In this document: in pieces, positions 18,071 through 37,359 of the stretch
How positions within the stretch are numbered: the first letter of the stretch is position 1
How the letters are laid out: every line of letters starts with the position of its first letter
Assembly: GCF_009914755.1 (NCBI RefSeq)
Contig: NC_060929.1
Length of the DNA stretch: 64,000 bases
Strand: one strand, 5' to 3'
Source: the human T2T-CHM13v2.0 reference genome, Homo sapiens
Translations under genes and position numbers: made by a program
Notes under the pieces: model-generated
What the model saw: the letters and a program-made list of their open reading frames with translations, nothing else
Databases searched by the model: none
Told to the model about the DNA's origin: nothing

Positions 18071-18289
18071 TCATACCCCAGTGGTACCTGGAACACCAGC
18101 AAGACAAAACCATTCATTCCCCTGGAAAGGGGGCTGAAGCCAGGGAGCCGAGTGGTCTGGCTTGGCGGGTCCCACGCTCACGGAGCCCAGCAAGCCAAGA
18201 TCCACTGGCTTGAAATTCTCGCTGCCAGCACAGCAGTCTGAGATCAAACTAGGATGCTCGAGCTTGGTGAGGGGAGGGGCGTCCACCAT
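18071..18289 (-). CDS. L1 ORF0-like open reading frame, 72 aa (MVDAPPLTKLEHPSLISDCCAGSEN...)
   Basis: Antisense in the L1 5' UTR; gcaATGG Kozak; SLISDCCA matches the recalled L1HS ORF0 N-terminus (MAGAPPPASLPPCSLISDCCASN); expression unknown. Confidence 0.55.
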   Translation of the reverse strand: MVDAPPLTKLEHPSLISDCCAGSENFKPVDLGLLGSVSVGPAKPDHSAPWLQPPFQGNEWFCLAGVPGTTGV

Positions 18290-18965
18290 TGCTGAGGCTT
18301 GAGTAGGCAGTTTTACCCTTACAGTGTAAACAAAGCCACCAGGAAGTTCAAAGTGAGCAAAGCCCACCACAGCTCAGCAAGGCTGCTCTGGCCAGACTGC
18401 CTCTCTAGATTCCTCCTCTCTGGGCAGGGCATCTCTGAAAAAAAGGCAGCATCTCCCTGGGACAGAGCACATGGGGGAAGGGGTGGCTATGGGCGCAGCT
18501 TCAGCAGACTTAAATGTCCCTGCCTGATGGCTCTGAAGACAGCAGCAGATCTCCCAGCACAGCGTCCGAGCTCTGATAAGGGACTACACTGCCTCCTGAA
18601 GTGGGTCCCAGACCCCCGTGTATCCTGACTGGGAGACACCTCCCAGTAGGGGCCGACAGACACCTCATACAGGATAGCTCTGGCTGGCATCTGGCAGGTG
18701 CCCCTATGGGACAAAGCTTCCAGAGGAAGGAACAGGAGGGAATCTTTGCTGTTCTGCAGCCTCTGCTGGGAATACCTAGGCAAACAGGGTCTGGAGTGGG
18801 CCTCCAGCAAACTCCAGCAGACCTGCAGCAGATGGGCCTGACTGTTAGAAGGAAGACTAACAAACAGAAAGGAATAGCATCAACATCAACAAAAAGGACA
18901 TCCACTCAGAGACCTCATCTGAAGGTCACCAGCATCAAAGACCAAAGGTAGATAAACCCATGAAG

Positions 18966-19990
18966 ATGGGGAGAAAACAGCGCAAAAAGGCTGAAAATTC
19001 CAAAAACCAGAATGCCTCTTCTCCTTCAAAGGATCACAACTCCGTGCCAGGAAGGGAAAAAAACTGGATGGAGAATGAGTTTGATGAATTGACAGAAGAA
19101 GGCTTCAGAAGGTAGGTAATAACAAACTCCTCCAAGCTAAAGGAGCATGTTCTAACCCAATGAAAGGAAGCTAAGAACCTTGAAAAAAGGTTAGAGGAAT
19201 TGCTAACTAGAATAACCAGTTTAGAGAGGAACATAAATGACCTGATGGAGCTGAAAAACACAGCACGAGAACTTCATGAAGCATAAACAAGTATCAATAG
19301 CTGAATCAATCAGGCAGAAGAAAGGATATCAGAGATTGAAGATCAACTTAATGAAATAAAGTGAGAAACAAGATAAGAGAGAAAAGAATGAAAATAAACA
19401 AACAAAGCCTCCAAGAAATATAGTACTATGTGAAAAGACTAAATCTACGTTGGTTTGGTATACTTGAAAGTGATGGGGAGAATGGAACCAAGTCGGAAAA
19501 CACTCTTCAGGATATTATCCAGGAGAACTTCCCCAACCTAGCAAGACAGGCCAACACTCAAATTCAGGAAACACAGAGAATACCACAAAGGTACTTCTTG
19601 AGAAGAGCAACCCTAAGACACATAATTGTCAGATTCACCAAGGTTGAAATGAAGGAAAAAATGTTAAGGGCAGCCAGAGAGAAAGGTCAGGTTACCCACA
19701 AAGGGAAGCCCATCAGACTAACAGCGGATCTCTCTGCAGAAACCCTGCAAGCCAGAAGAGAGTGGCGGCCAATATTCAACATTCTTAAAGAAAAGAATTT
19801 TCAACCCGGAATTTCATATCCAGGCAAACTAAGCTTCATAAGCGAAGCAGAAATAAAATCCTTTACAGGCAGGCAAATGCTGAGAGACACTGTCACCCCC
19901 AGGGCTGCCTTACGAGAGCTCCTGAAGGAAGCACCAAACATGGAAAGGAACAACCGGTACCAGCCACTCCAAAAACATATCAAATTGTAA
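18966..19990 (+). pseudogene. L1 ORF1p, disrupted
   Basis: ATG GGG AGA AAA start; several in-frame stops in the N-terminal half; C-terminal 186-aa open piece with ENFPNLARQ and AREKGQVTHKGKPIRLTADLS. Confidence 0.92.
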
Positions 19991-20053
19991 AGACCATTGA
20001 CACTATGAGGAAACTGCATCAACTAACAGGCAAAAGAATCAGCTAGTATCATA

Positions 20054-23865
<3,812 letters not shown>

Positions 23866-24093
23866 ACAATGAGAACACATGGACAAAGGGAGGGGAACAT
23901 CACACACGGGGGTCTGTCAGGGGGTGGGGGGCTAGGGGAGGGATAGTATTAGGAGAAATACCTAATGTTGATAATGGGTTGATGGGTGCAGCAAACCACC
24001 ATGGCACGTGTATACCTATGTAACAAACCTGCACGTTCTGCACATGTACCCCAGAACTTAAAGTACAATAATAATAAAAAAAAAAGCACCATG

Positions 24094-24262
24094 CTAAACG
24101 CTTTGTATCATAATCTAACAACACGTCATTCACTGAGCAGTAACCCCATGAGGTGGGCATTATCATTCCCATTTCATTCCCATCAGGAAACGGCCTTAGA
24201 AGGTGACATAGTGACTGGCAGGATCAGAGTTCAAACCCTGGTCTTATCTGGCTCCAAAGCTT
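24094..24262. mobile_element. MIR remnant split by the L1 insertion (other part ~17605-17650)
   Basis: aaccccatgaggtgggcattatcattcccattt...gagttcaaaccctggtcttatctggctccaaagc. Confidence 0.65.
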
Positions 24263-24349
24263 TGACGACATTACCCTACTCAGGTTTCTGGTAAATAATT
24301 GCAATTCATACTATTTTAATCATAGTAGAGAGGCTTGTTCAGATATACA

Positions 24350-24488
24350 TATCTCACTCTGTCACCCAGGCTAGAGTGCAGTGGTTCAATCATGGCTCAC
24401 TGGAGCCTTAAATTCCTGGGGTCAAGCGATCTTCCTGCGTTGGACTCCCAAAGTGCTGGGATACAGCATGAGCCAGTGCATCTGGCCC
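24350..24488 (-). mobile_element. Alu monomer (FLAM/FRAM-like)
   Basis: Single antisense monomer. Confidence 0.75.
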
Positions 24489-24768
24489 AGATATATTAAA
24501 GACAGTCTACAAGATGAACCAGTTGGGTTTACCTAGAAGAGTGACTGCATCTGGTTAAAGCCTTTGCACACATATTGTTACTCTACATACCTGTCATAAT
24601 CTGTAGCATTTTTTGGCAGAAAAACTGGAGGTAAAGAGTTTAATAATACATACATATGTATATTTATTTAAGCAATTAATTCCTATATTAGAAATCTGAA
24701 CAAATTTAAATTTCTGGCACAGTTTTATTAACCCTTAATTTTATAAGTTTGAAAACTGATAAAACCTA

Positions 24769-25180
<412 letters not shown>

Positions 25181-25376
25181 CTATCCCACAAATATACTGG
25201 AAAAAATACAAACAAACATACATCTGCACAAGACTACAAATTGAAATATTATTTGTAATAGCAAAAGACTGGAAACAATATAAATGTTCATCAGTGGAGG
25301 GCCAGTTGAAAAATGTAGTGCGTCTCCACAATGGAGTACTATGTAGATACTAAAAGGAATGATGAATATCTACTTA

Positions 25377-26022
<646 letters not shown>

Positions 26023-27064
26023 TATTGGTATGGAGTGATTTTCTAGATGGAAATACTACATATTTTACAGTGTATATTTTATATACTATATATACTTTTC
26101 TCCACCTCATTTTTAAGTGAAAGAAGTGAGGTGGAGAAGAGTACACACAGTGTGTTGAAATTTATTTTTAAAATAACATGGATACATATAAATATTTCTT
26201 TACATTAAAAAAAAGAAGGATACAGCACAAAATAAATAAAGCTTACATAGAAAGAGAGGGAGGGGCCTAGACAGAAGGTAGGGAGGAGCCAGTTTCCCCA
26301 GGGTGAAATGGGTCTGTTTTCCAGATTTGACTCTGGTACCTGTAGATATTTTAAACTATAAAACAAAATTAAATGAAAATAAAAGTCATTCCTACAAAAT
26401 AAAAAGCAAATTAAACAAATGAACTTAAGAATGTATGAAGTCAGTAGCTTAACCACATGGAAAATGATTATTTCAAATGACTTCAAAATACAGTGACTTG
26501 GCTGTACCAGATGAGATACAGTTTGAGAAAGAAACTGCATAAATAATCTTAAGCTACTTTCTCTATTCATTTGTTAGTGATAATATTGGTACTGTTATTC
26601 TGAATCTAATTAATGTGTATATACATATTAATTTCAATCAAATAAGTTTATGTCTTTAAATATCATGATATTCAGCATAAAATAAAATTAAAACTCAGAG
26701 ATATAGACATAAAATCAAAGAAATTAAGTAAAACCATATAACCCTAAATTATTGCAGTTTATTAATTTAAATGCTTTAAAAATACATAATTTCTAATTCT
26801 GTCCGCTGAAAAGGCCGAGAACGAATGCCCATTTTGATGTGATGTGCACCTTTCCTGCCCAGGTTGTGGTCTCTACTTCTCATTTCTACTGCAAGGAATC
26901 AGGACTCCTTGGAGAAATAATGGATTCTAAGTTTGTGGGGGAAAATGTAAAAGATGAGACTGAAACATTTTATACCAGAAGGCCAAGGAGTTATTAAGCA
27001 CCTTTAACTTTGGGCTTTTGTTCAAGGGACTTAGGGATTAAACTGAAGAAGCTCCCACTGCTCA

Positions 27065-27437
<373 letters not shown>

Positions 27438-27702
27438 TCAAGTACATGAAAATCCATAGGCTCTTAATGAATAAAGGGAAAGAGTCAAGACTTTCCTGAA
27501 CAAACTTTTCCTCAGGATACTCAGGTCATTAGTGAGAGTTTCCCTCTAGAGAAGTATTTTAGAAAATAAATGAAGAAGAAATGATAGAATTAGCATATTA
27601 CCATGTTTCCAATATCTAATGACAGAATGGTTGTAGTCTATGATCATTAGATATCATATGGCCTTGACATGAGAAATTTTTACCGAATATCAAACCCTCA
27701 CC

Positions 27703-27985
<283 letters not shown>

Positions 27986-28199
27986 TCATGTCAATTTTTA
28001 GATGTAACTGTCAGATTACAAGAAATACAAAGGACAGGAGAACACATTAATCAAGGCTACAGTGGATGTAAATTCTATAAAACAAATGACCAGGTTTCTT
28101 TAAAAAATAAATTGCAAGATAAAAGAAGGAAGGGAACATTTTATGTTAAAAGACACTTAAGAGACCTATCACCTATACTGAATCCTGGTTTAATAAATC

Positions 28200-29323
28200 C
28201 CATAAGACCTTCTAGTAAGACAGGATGTGGAAGCAGAACAGTGATACTGGTGATCCTGACCCTGTGTAGGCCTAAGGTAATGTATGTGTTTGTGTCATTG
28301 TGTTTAATAAAAAAGTTTAAAAGGTAAAAAAAAAAAATAACAAATTTTAAAAACAGAAAATAGCTTATAGAATAAGGTAAGGACATAAAGAAAAATATTT
28401 TTAAACAGCTCTATAAAAGGCTTGTGTTTTAAGCTCAGTATTATTACAAAAGAATCAAAAAGATTTTTTTAAGTTTATAGAGTAAAAAAGTTACAATAAT
28501 CTAAGGTTAATTCATAATTAAAGAAAGAAAAATATTTTTATAAATTTGGTGTAGCCTAAGTGTGTGGTATTTATAAATTCTAAGGTAGTGTACAGTAATG
28601 TCTGGGGCCTTCATATTTGCTCAGCACTCACTGACTCCTGCACTCCTGCAGAGCAACTTCCAGCCTTCCAAGCTCCATTCATGGTTAAGTGCCCTACATA
28701 GGTGTACTTTTTTTTTTTTTTTTTTTTGTAGATAGAGTCTTGCTCTTGTCGCCCAGGCTGCTGGAGTGTATTGGCGTGATCTTGGCTCACTGCAACCTCT
28801 GCCTCCCAGGTTCAAGCTATTCTCCTGCCTTAGCCTCCTGAGTAACTGGGATTACAAGCGCCCGTCATCACAACTGGCTAATTTTTGTACTTTTAGTACA
28901 AAATTAGTACAAAATAGACGGGGTTTCATGTTGGCCAGGCTGGTTTTGAACTGCTGACCTCAGGTGATCCACCCCCCTAGGCCTCCCAAAGTGCTGGGAT
29001 TACAGGTGTGAGCCACCACGCCTGGCCAGGTGTACCATTTTTTCATCTTTTATACTGTATTTTACTGTATCTTTTTAATGTTTAACTATGTTTAGATACA
29101 CAAATAGTCACCATGTTATTATAATTGCCTACAGTTTTCAGTACAGTAACAGGCTGCACAAGTTTGTAGCCTAGGAGCAATAGGCTATACCACATAGCCT
29201 AGGTGTGTAAGAGGCTGTACTGTTGAGGTTTGTGTAAGTACACTCTATGATGTTCCTACAAGGATGAAGTCGTTAGTGATGCATTTCTCAGAACATATCC
29301 CGTCATTAAGTGATGCATGACTG
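28200..29323 (-). mobile_element. Tigger3 (longer derivative) DNA transposon, interrupted by an Alu
   Basis: gtttgtagcctaggagcaataggcta...gcatttctcagaac...gatgcatgactg terminus. Confidence 0.8.
28708..29027 (-). mobile_element. AluS with a small internal inverted/direct duplication
   Basis: Antisense Alu; TSD aggtgtac. Confidence 0.92.
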
Positions 29324-29756
29324 TATAGACTGAAACATTTACAGATGATGCTTGGGGTTTTCCTCAAAACAATCCAGGCATATGGGGGAGTGTGGAGAGG
29401 TATTGATAAAGCAAGAGTGTCTGTGAGTTGATAATTGCTATAGCTAGGGGTGAAGGGTCCTTGCGATACACTGTACTATCCTCTCTTGTTTTATAGGCTG
29501 GTGGAAAAGTAATCGCAGTTTTCTCAATTACCAACCTAAATATGTATGTTTGAAATGTTTGTGTATCTTGAAATTTTCTACAGTAAAAGATGGTTAAGAA
29601 CTTTCACACATAAAATGTTTTTCATAATTTACTCTCTCTACTCAGATGAATTAGTGTTTACCTAACAACCTGATGAAATTCACCATTATAAAGATACTTA
29701 TTATCATTAATTATTCTTCTAGTACAGGAAGGGGATGTTAATAATTAGCTTATAGT

Positions 29757-30064
<308 letters not shown>

Positions 30065-30345
30065 TTATAGAAAGTCTGTTTGGCTGTTATGCCTTATGCC
30101 ACAATGCATCTAAGGCTGAGAGCTATTTCTCCACAAAATTGAGACTGTGAAGTTACACTTAAGAGTGTTTCTTATAAGTAGGCCCTATGATTATTTTTTT
30201 ACTTACCTAAATTGGGTCACATGTTATTTATTTTATTAAGAAACAAGATCACTACCTCTGCCTGAATAAGCTCAGGTGCCACCAATACATGTCCCAGATG
30301 AACCCACAAACCCAGGAGAAAGGAGCCATGGAGCAATGTCACTTA

Positions 30346-30507
<162 letters not shown>

Positions 30508-31585
30508 TTAGTCACCCATCCCTCATTCATTATAGCACCACTGTGCCTACACTTTCTGGATCAACTGGCTCATTACAAGCTTCTTTGCTCTGTGAGTTAT
30601 ATTTCTAATGTATGGTAATTACTGCACTTTTTATCCTAATTTTTAACTTACATGGTCTTGTATTTGAAATTTAATACCAAGATCCTGCAAATCTAGCTAT
30701 TGAAATAGCAATTTTAGTAAGTTGGTGCTGACTTTAAATATTTTATCAGGTACTATCCTTCTTGTTTTAAAATCAAAGCATCACAGGTGTAGCCACTTGC
30801 CCACATAACCAGTAGCAGAATCTGTTTAAATGATTTAACCACCGTAAGCACTTGAGCGGTATGGGAAACCCCGAGTCATCCCAAATCAAAGAGGATCTTC
30901 TCTGGGTATCAGAGAAAGAGAGATGGGCACACAGTAGATATTTAGTCAATATTTATTTTATTATTACCAAATTTATGCCAAATTCAGTATACATTAATTA
31001 CCTTGAAGGAGGAGTATTGAGTAGGGTGGGAGAGTTCAGGAAGAAGCTTAGTTATTTCCATGTTCTATGTCTGCACGTAATTTGCTCAGATTTTTTTTTT
31101 ATTGTTGGTTTTGCTTTACATAAAAAACACCAGAATTTATACTCTGTGGGGAAGATTTTGACATGTGCTTCTGCCAGATTTGATTTTGAGAAACACAATT
31201 GAAAGCCAAACAGATTATATTGGCTTTATAAGAACTTTTGACCTCATTTTAGTTTTGGAGACTTCAGTCCTGGTGCCACATGATGAAGAAAAGAGTGAAT
31301 TACACTGAATTTGTCTTCCTTGTGCGTACTGGATCATTATAACTACATATGTATTAATTGATAGTCCTAGGTAAGAAGACATGAGAGATACCCCACTGCG
31401 CACGTATTTAACACATTCCTGTCTAGGATCTAATTCTGCAGAAAATTGGACATTCAAATGTTCAAGGAAGGGAAAATGGAAGAATCGGACTCTAGGAATG
31501 CTCAAGGTGGACTCAACTTAATTCAATGCACCAAACATTTGTTAAGTTCTTGCTGATTTCCAGACACTGAGTTGGATGAGTTCCA

Positions 31586-31880
<295 letters not shown>

Positions 31881-32122
31881 TCTATCTTTTAAGCAGTCCA
31901 CTCTGTGGCACTTAGAGATCCAGCCATAGTCAGTACCCTTTTAGAGCTTAAGTTTTCCAGGGAACTGCTGAAACCTTGCAAATATATGCTTAAATCATTG
32001 ATTAAAGAATACTTAATAAACATTCATTCCAGTTACTTGACATGAGGGAATGGGATGTTGAGGTTATTAATTCTTAGTAATAAAGTGTTATAATGTATAC
32101 CAACATGAGTATCTTGAGTATC

Positions 32123-32447
<325 letters not shown>

Positions 32448-33298
32448 TGAATGACTTAAATGATAACTAAAATGCAGTAACCAGTAAAAAAATTAAACTT
32501 TTATTGTTTATATTGGGTATCTATTCTGTATATGTAGCACTATACTAGATTTCTTAAGGGATCAAAAAGTAATAAAATCATGACAGTTACTTTTTATTAA
32601 GCATTTATTATTGATCAGGCACTGGACTAGTCATTTAAGCATGTCGATTACATGAAGTTGGTACTATTATTAGCTCCCTTTTATAAATAAGAAAATTTAG
32701 GCTTAGAAAGATTAAATGCATTGTTCTAAATAGTGATTTTGACTATAGAAGCAATAGGAACTTTCAGGAAAGAGTAGGTTAGACAAACCAGAGAACACTC
32801 CCAGAGAAGGACGTGGCTAAATATGGGTTTCAGGAGCTCAATAATCATGATTTATACCATTGATTTTCAAGGGTCATTAAACTAAAAGGAAAAAAAATAT
32901 GGGGACCACCATAGGGTCCTGGCTTCACATGTCATTACATGCGTGCTGTGTTTTTAAACGAGTGTCAATTAGATGACATGAACTCACAGGACTGGCTTGT
33001 TCTGGTTCTTGATTTTGATTGCCCTTCATACCAGCAGAAGTGGAAAACCCTAAAGCTGTTTCTGATTTCCTGGGAGAACAAAGAGAAGCTAAGTGATTGT
33101 AAGTAGGTACGAAATGATGACTGATAAAAATAGTGGTAACCTTCCTTCATTTCTTCCTTCCTTCAGCAGATATTGATTGAACACTTGTTTTATTTTATAT
33201 AAGGCAGCCTCTGCGTAAGGTGCTGGCAATGGGAAACAGCCAGGACCCCTGCTCTCATGGAGTCTAGTGGATGAGCTAGAGGTTAATTAAATGGATAT

Positions 33299-33662
33299 TG
33301 ATATGGTTTGGCTGTGTCCCCACCCAAACCTCATCTTGAGTTGTAGCTCCCATAATTCCCACATGTTGTGGGAAGGAACCGGTGGGAGATAATTGAATCA
33401 TGGGGGCAGGTCTTTCCTGTGCTATTCTCATAATAGTGAATAAGCCTCACGAGATGTGATGGTTTTATAAGGGGAAACCCCTTGTGCTTGGTTCTCATTT
33501 TCTCTCCTGCCACCGCCATATAAGAAGTGCCTTCCACCTTCCACCATGATTGTGAGGCTTCCCCACCCACATGGAACTGTGAGTCCGTTAAATCTCTTTT
33601 TCTTTATAAATTACCCAGTCTCAGATATGTCTTTATCAGCAGCATGAAAATGGACTAATACA
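33299..33662 (+). mobile_element. THE1 (MaLR) solo LTR
   Basis: tgatatggtttggctgtgtccccacccaa...ggactaataca; near-TSD gatat/gatac. Confidence 0.9.
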
Positions 33663-34107
33663 GATACATAATGACAAAATGGACTAAGTGCTCTGAAGAA
33701 AACAGGGATTTTATGACAGTCAGTAACTGAGATAATACACTAGGTGGGGTATCCAGGAAGGCTGGAGGGCAGAGGAGGGGAAGGCCTGCTGAGCAGAGGG
33801 AACAGTGACTACAAAGGTCCTGGTGACTGCAATGCAGAGAGTAGGAGGGAGAGTGGGTGAGATGAGGCTGGAGTGAAGGCTGAGGACAGGCTATGCACAG
33901 GGCCTTGAAGCTCTTGGTTCAAAGTTTTTGTAATTATTATTCTTCAAGATATTGTTGCACTGCCTTCTGGTCTCCACTGTTTCTGATGAGGTCAGTGGTA
34001 ATTCTAATTGTTGTTCTCCTATATACGGTGTTTCAGTCTGGCTGCATTCAAGATTTTCTCTTCATCATAGTTTGACTATGATATGCCTGGATGTATTCTT
34101 TGTATTA

Positions 34108-34416
34108 GTTTTTCTTTCTTTCTTTTTTTAAATTGGAGACAGAGTCTCACTCTGTCATCCAGGCTGGAGTGTGGTGGCACAATCTTGGCTCACTGCAACC
34201 TCCGCCTCCTGGGTTCAAGAGATTCTCCTGCTCAGCCTCCTGAGTAGCTGGGAATACAGGCGTGCGCCACCATGCCCAGCTAATTTTTGTATTTTTAGTA
34301 AAGATGGGATTTCACCATGTTGGCCAGGCTGGTCTTGAACTTCTGACCTCAGGTGATTTGCCTGCCTCAGCCTCCCAAAGTACTGGGATTACAGGTGTGA
34401 GCCACCAGGCCCAGCC
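34108..34416 (-). mobile_element. AluSx-like
   Basis: Antisense Alu; TSD tgtattagttttt. Confidence 0.92.
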
Positions 34417-34490
34417 TGTATTAGTTTTTCTTGATGTTCTATGACCTTGAATCTGTAATTGTATGTCTTTCACCATATTTGGAACTCTAA

Positions 34491-34851
<361 letters not shown>

Positions 34852-35037
34852 ACACTTTATTTTTAAAATTCATTTTTTTCTGTTCTTAGATTGGATAATT
34901 TATATTGATGTATTTTTGCATTTACTAACTCTTTTCTCAGCCATGTCCATTCTGCTGTTAAGCCTAGCCATTGAGTTTGTTATTTTAGACACTGTATTTT
35001 TCAGTTCTGGAATTACCATTTGGCTTTTAAAAAATAG

Positions 35038-35369
<332 letters not shown>

Positions 35370-36199
35370 CAATCTTTATTATCATATTTTTAATTATATT
35401 ATTGAGCACAGTTATACTAGCTGCTTTAAAATCCTTGAAGCTTAATTCCAGCATCAGGGTTGTCTAGGGATGAATCTCCATTGATCATCTTTTCTCTTAA
35501 GAATAAATCATGTTTCCCTCTGTATTTCAAGTAATTTTGGATAATATCCTAGCCATTGTGAGTGATCCATTGTAGAAACTGTGTTTCTCTGAAAAGTGTT
35601 GGTTTTGTTTTTGGTTTTGTTTTTTAAAGCAAGCAGTTAACCTGACCAAACCAAAACTATAATCTGTCTACCTAGAGATGGGCACAACTATTTTCAGTTC
35701 TTTTGGCCTCAACCAGGAGGTTTGGAGTCTGTCCTATGTATACATGATTCAAGATTTGCCAGATATCTGGGAAAAGATTATAGATAGATTTTAGGGCTCT
35801 GTCTCTCTGGCTCTTTCCTTTCTGGAACTTTCCCTTTTGTATTTCATTCAGTAGCTGTGCTTTTCCCAAACCCTGTCTTTGGGCTCTTCAAACCAGCAAG
35901 CCTGTGGGTTTTCCATCAGAACTATAGCTGGGAGCAGACTGGCATTTTCTTTCAGGCTTCAAGTCATTTATAAAACAAACACAGAAAAAGCCAACACCAC
36001 TTTGTTCTTTCATGTGTTAACTTTCAAGTGTTATAAGCCTACTTTTGTTCACTTTTCACCTGCCTTAAGTCTCTTTTATTTAGTGTTTTGCCCAGAGTTT
36101 ATAATTATTATCTGTGGGAGATTTTTTAGTAGGAAGCACTTGAACATCTTAGAAAAATCCTTAAAGCCCTTGGTGAAGAAAAGAAAGGGAAAAATGAAC

Positions 36200-36680
36200 A
36201 AAACATATGACATGATCAATCAGATTAGCATCTTCAAAGATTACTTTAGAAGCAGTGTGGAGAGGAGACCAGAACGAATGGAGATGAGTTTGGAAATCAC
36301 TGCTGAAGTCTGCATGAAACATGATGATAGCTTGGAGTAGATGGTCGCAATGGGGGTGCAGCAAAGTGCTTGGATTTCAGAGACTCCTTTAGGGGGTAAC
36401 ACTGATAGGACTTGCTCCATGCATAGAGTATGTGAAGTGAGAAGTAAGGTGGAGAGAGAAATATCAAGGATGACTCCTAGACTTTTGACTTGCTCAACTA
36501 GATGAGTTGGGTGCCACTCCAGAGATAGTAAACCCTGGAAAAGATTCACAAATAAAAAACCGTGTGTGTGAGATGTTCCAAAATAATACATGGACGTGTG
36601 AGATAGAGGATTACTCAGATAGCTTCAAGACTTTAGACTTAAGGGACTGGAAAAATAATGGGGCCACTGACAGAAGTAAG
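36200..36680 (-). mobile_element. L2 remnant
   Basis: Purine-rich L2 antisense text (atcaaggatgactcctagactttt). Confidence 0.6.
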
Positions 36681-37359
36681 GATAGTGAGAATATTTCATC
36701 TTTCTTTAAATATTGAGAAGACATTTTGGAATCCAGCAGTGCCTAGGGGTCATAGAAATGCCTTGGGGGCCATGACTGGGATTGCAGTAATGTGGCTAAA
36801 GAGATAATGCTGGCCTATAAAAAACTCTGAGAAAATCCCAGAGAAATCAGTTTTATATTACTACACAGATTCAGTTACACCTTGGCTAAATAATGTCCCC
36901 TGCTTATGTGGTGCCTCAGGTCACCATAAAGTGTTTAACACAGGCGTTATTCATGTTGCCCAAACCAACTTTATCATACAGGTTTTCTTAATATTAGTAA
37001 CATTATCAGTTATTAATATTATACTACTAATAGTAATGTAACTATTAAGGTATAGAGTAATTGATTGTCAATTGGATCTTTCCATGGTTTCCAAAGATGT
37101 CAGGTCATAGAAATGATGACAATTGCAGGTGGGCCATTGTTTCTCCATCACAAGACAGAGGCACTAAGCAAGGTAACTAAAAGTCACTTCAGTGGTCTCA
37201 TAATGTATTCAGTTGCCTTGGAAACAGGCATCATTATTATTAGCAACCTCAGTGGTTTATGTATTATTCTTTTTTCCTATGTGTGGATTAATTTTGTATT
37301 CATGTTTCCATTGTTAATATAACCAATCTCAAATCCTGTTAAAAAAAAAAAAGGCTTAA

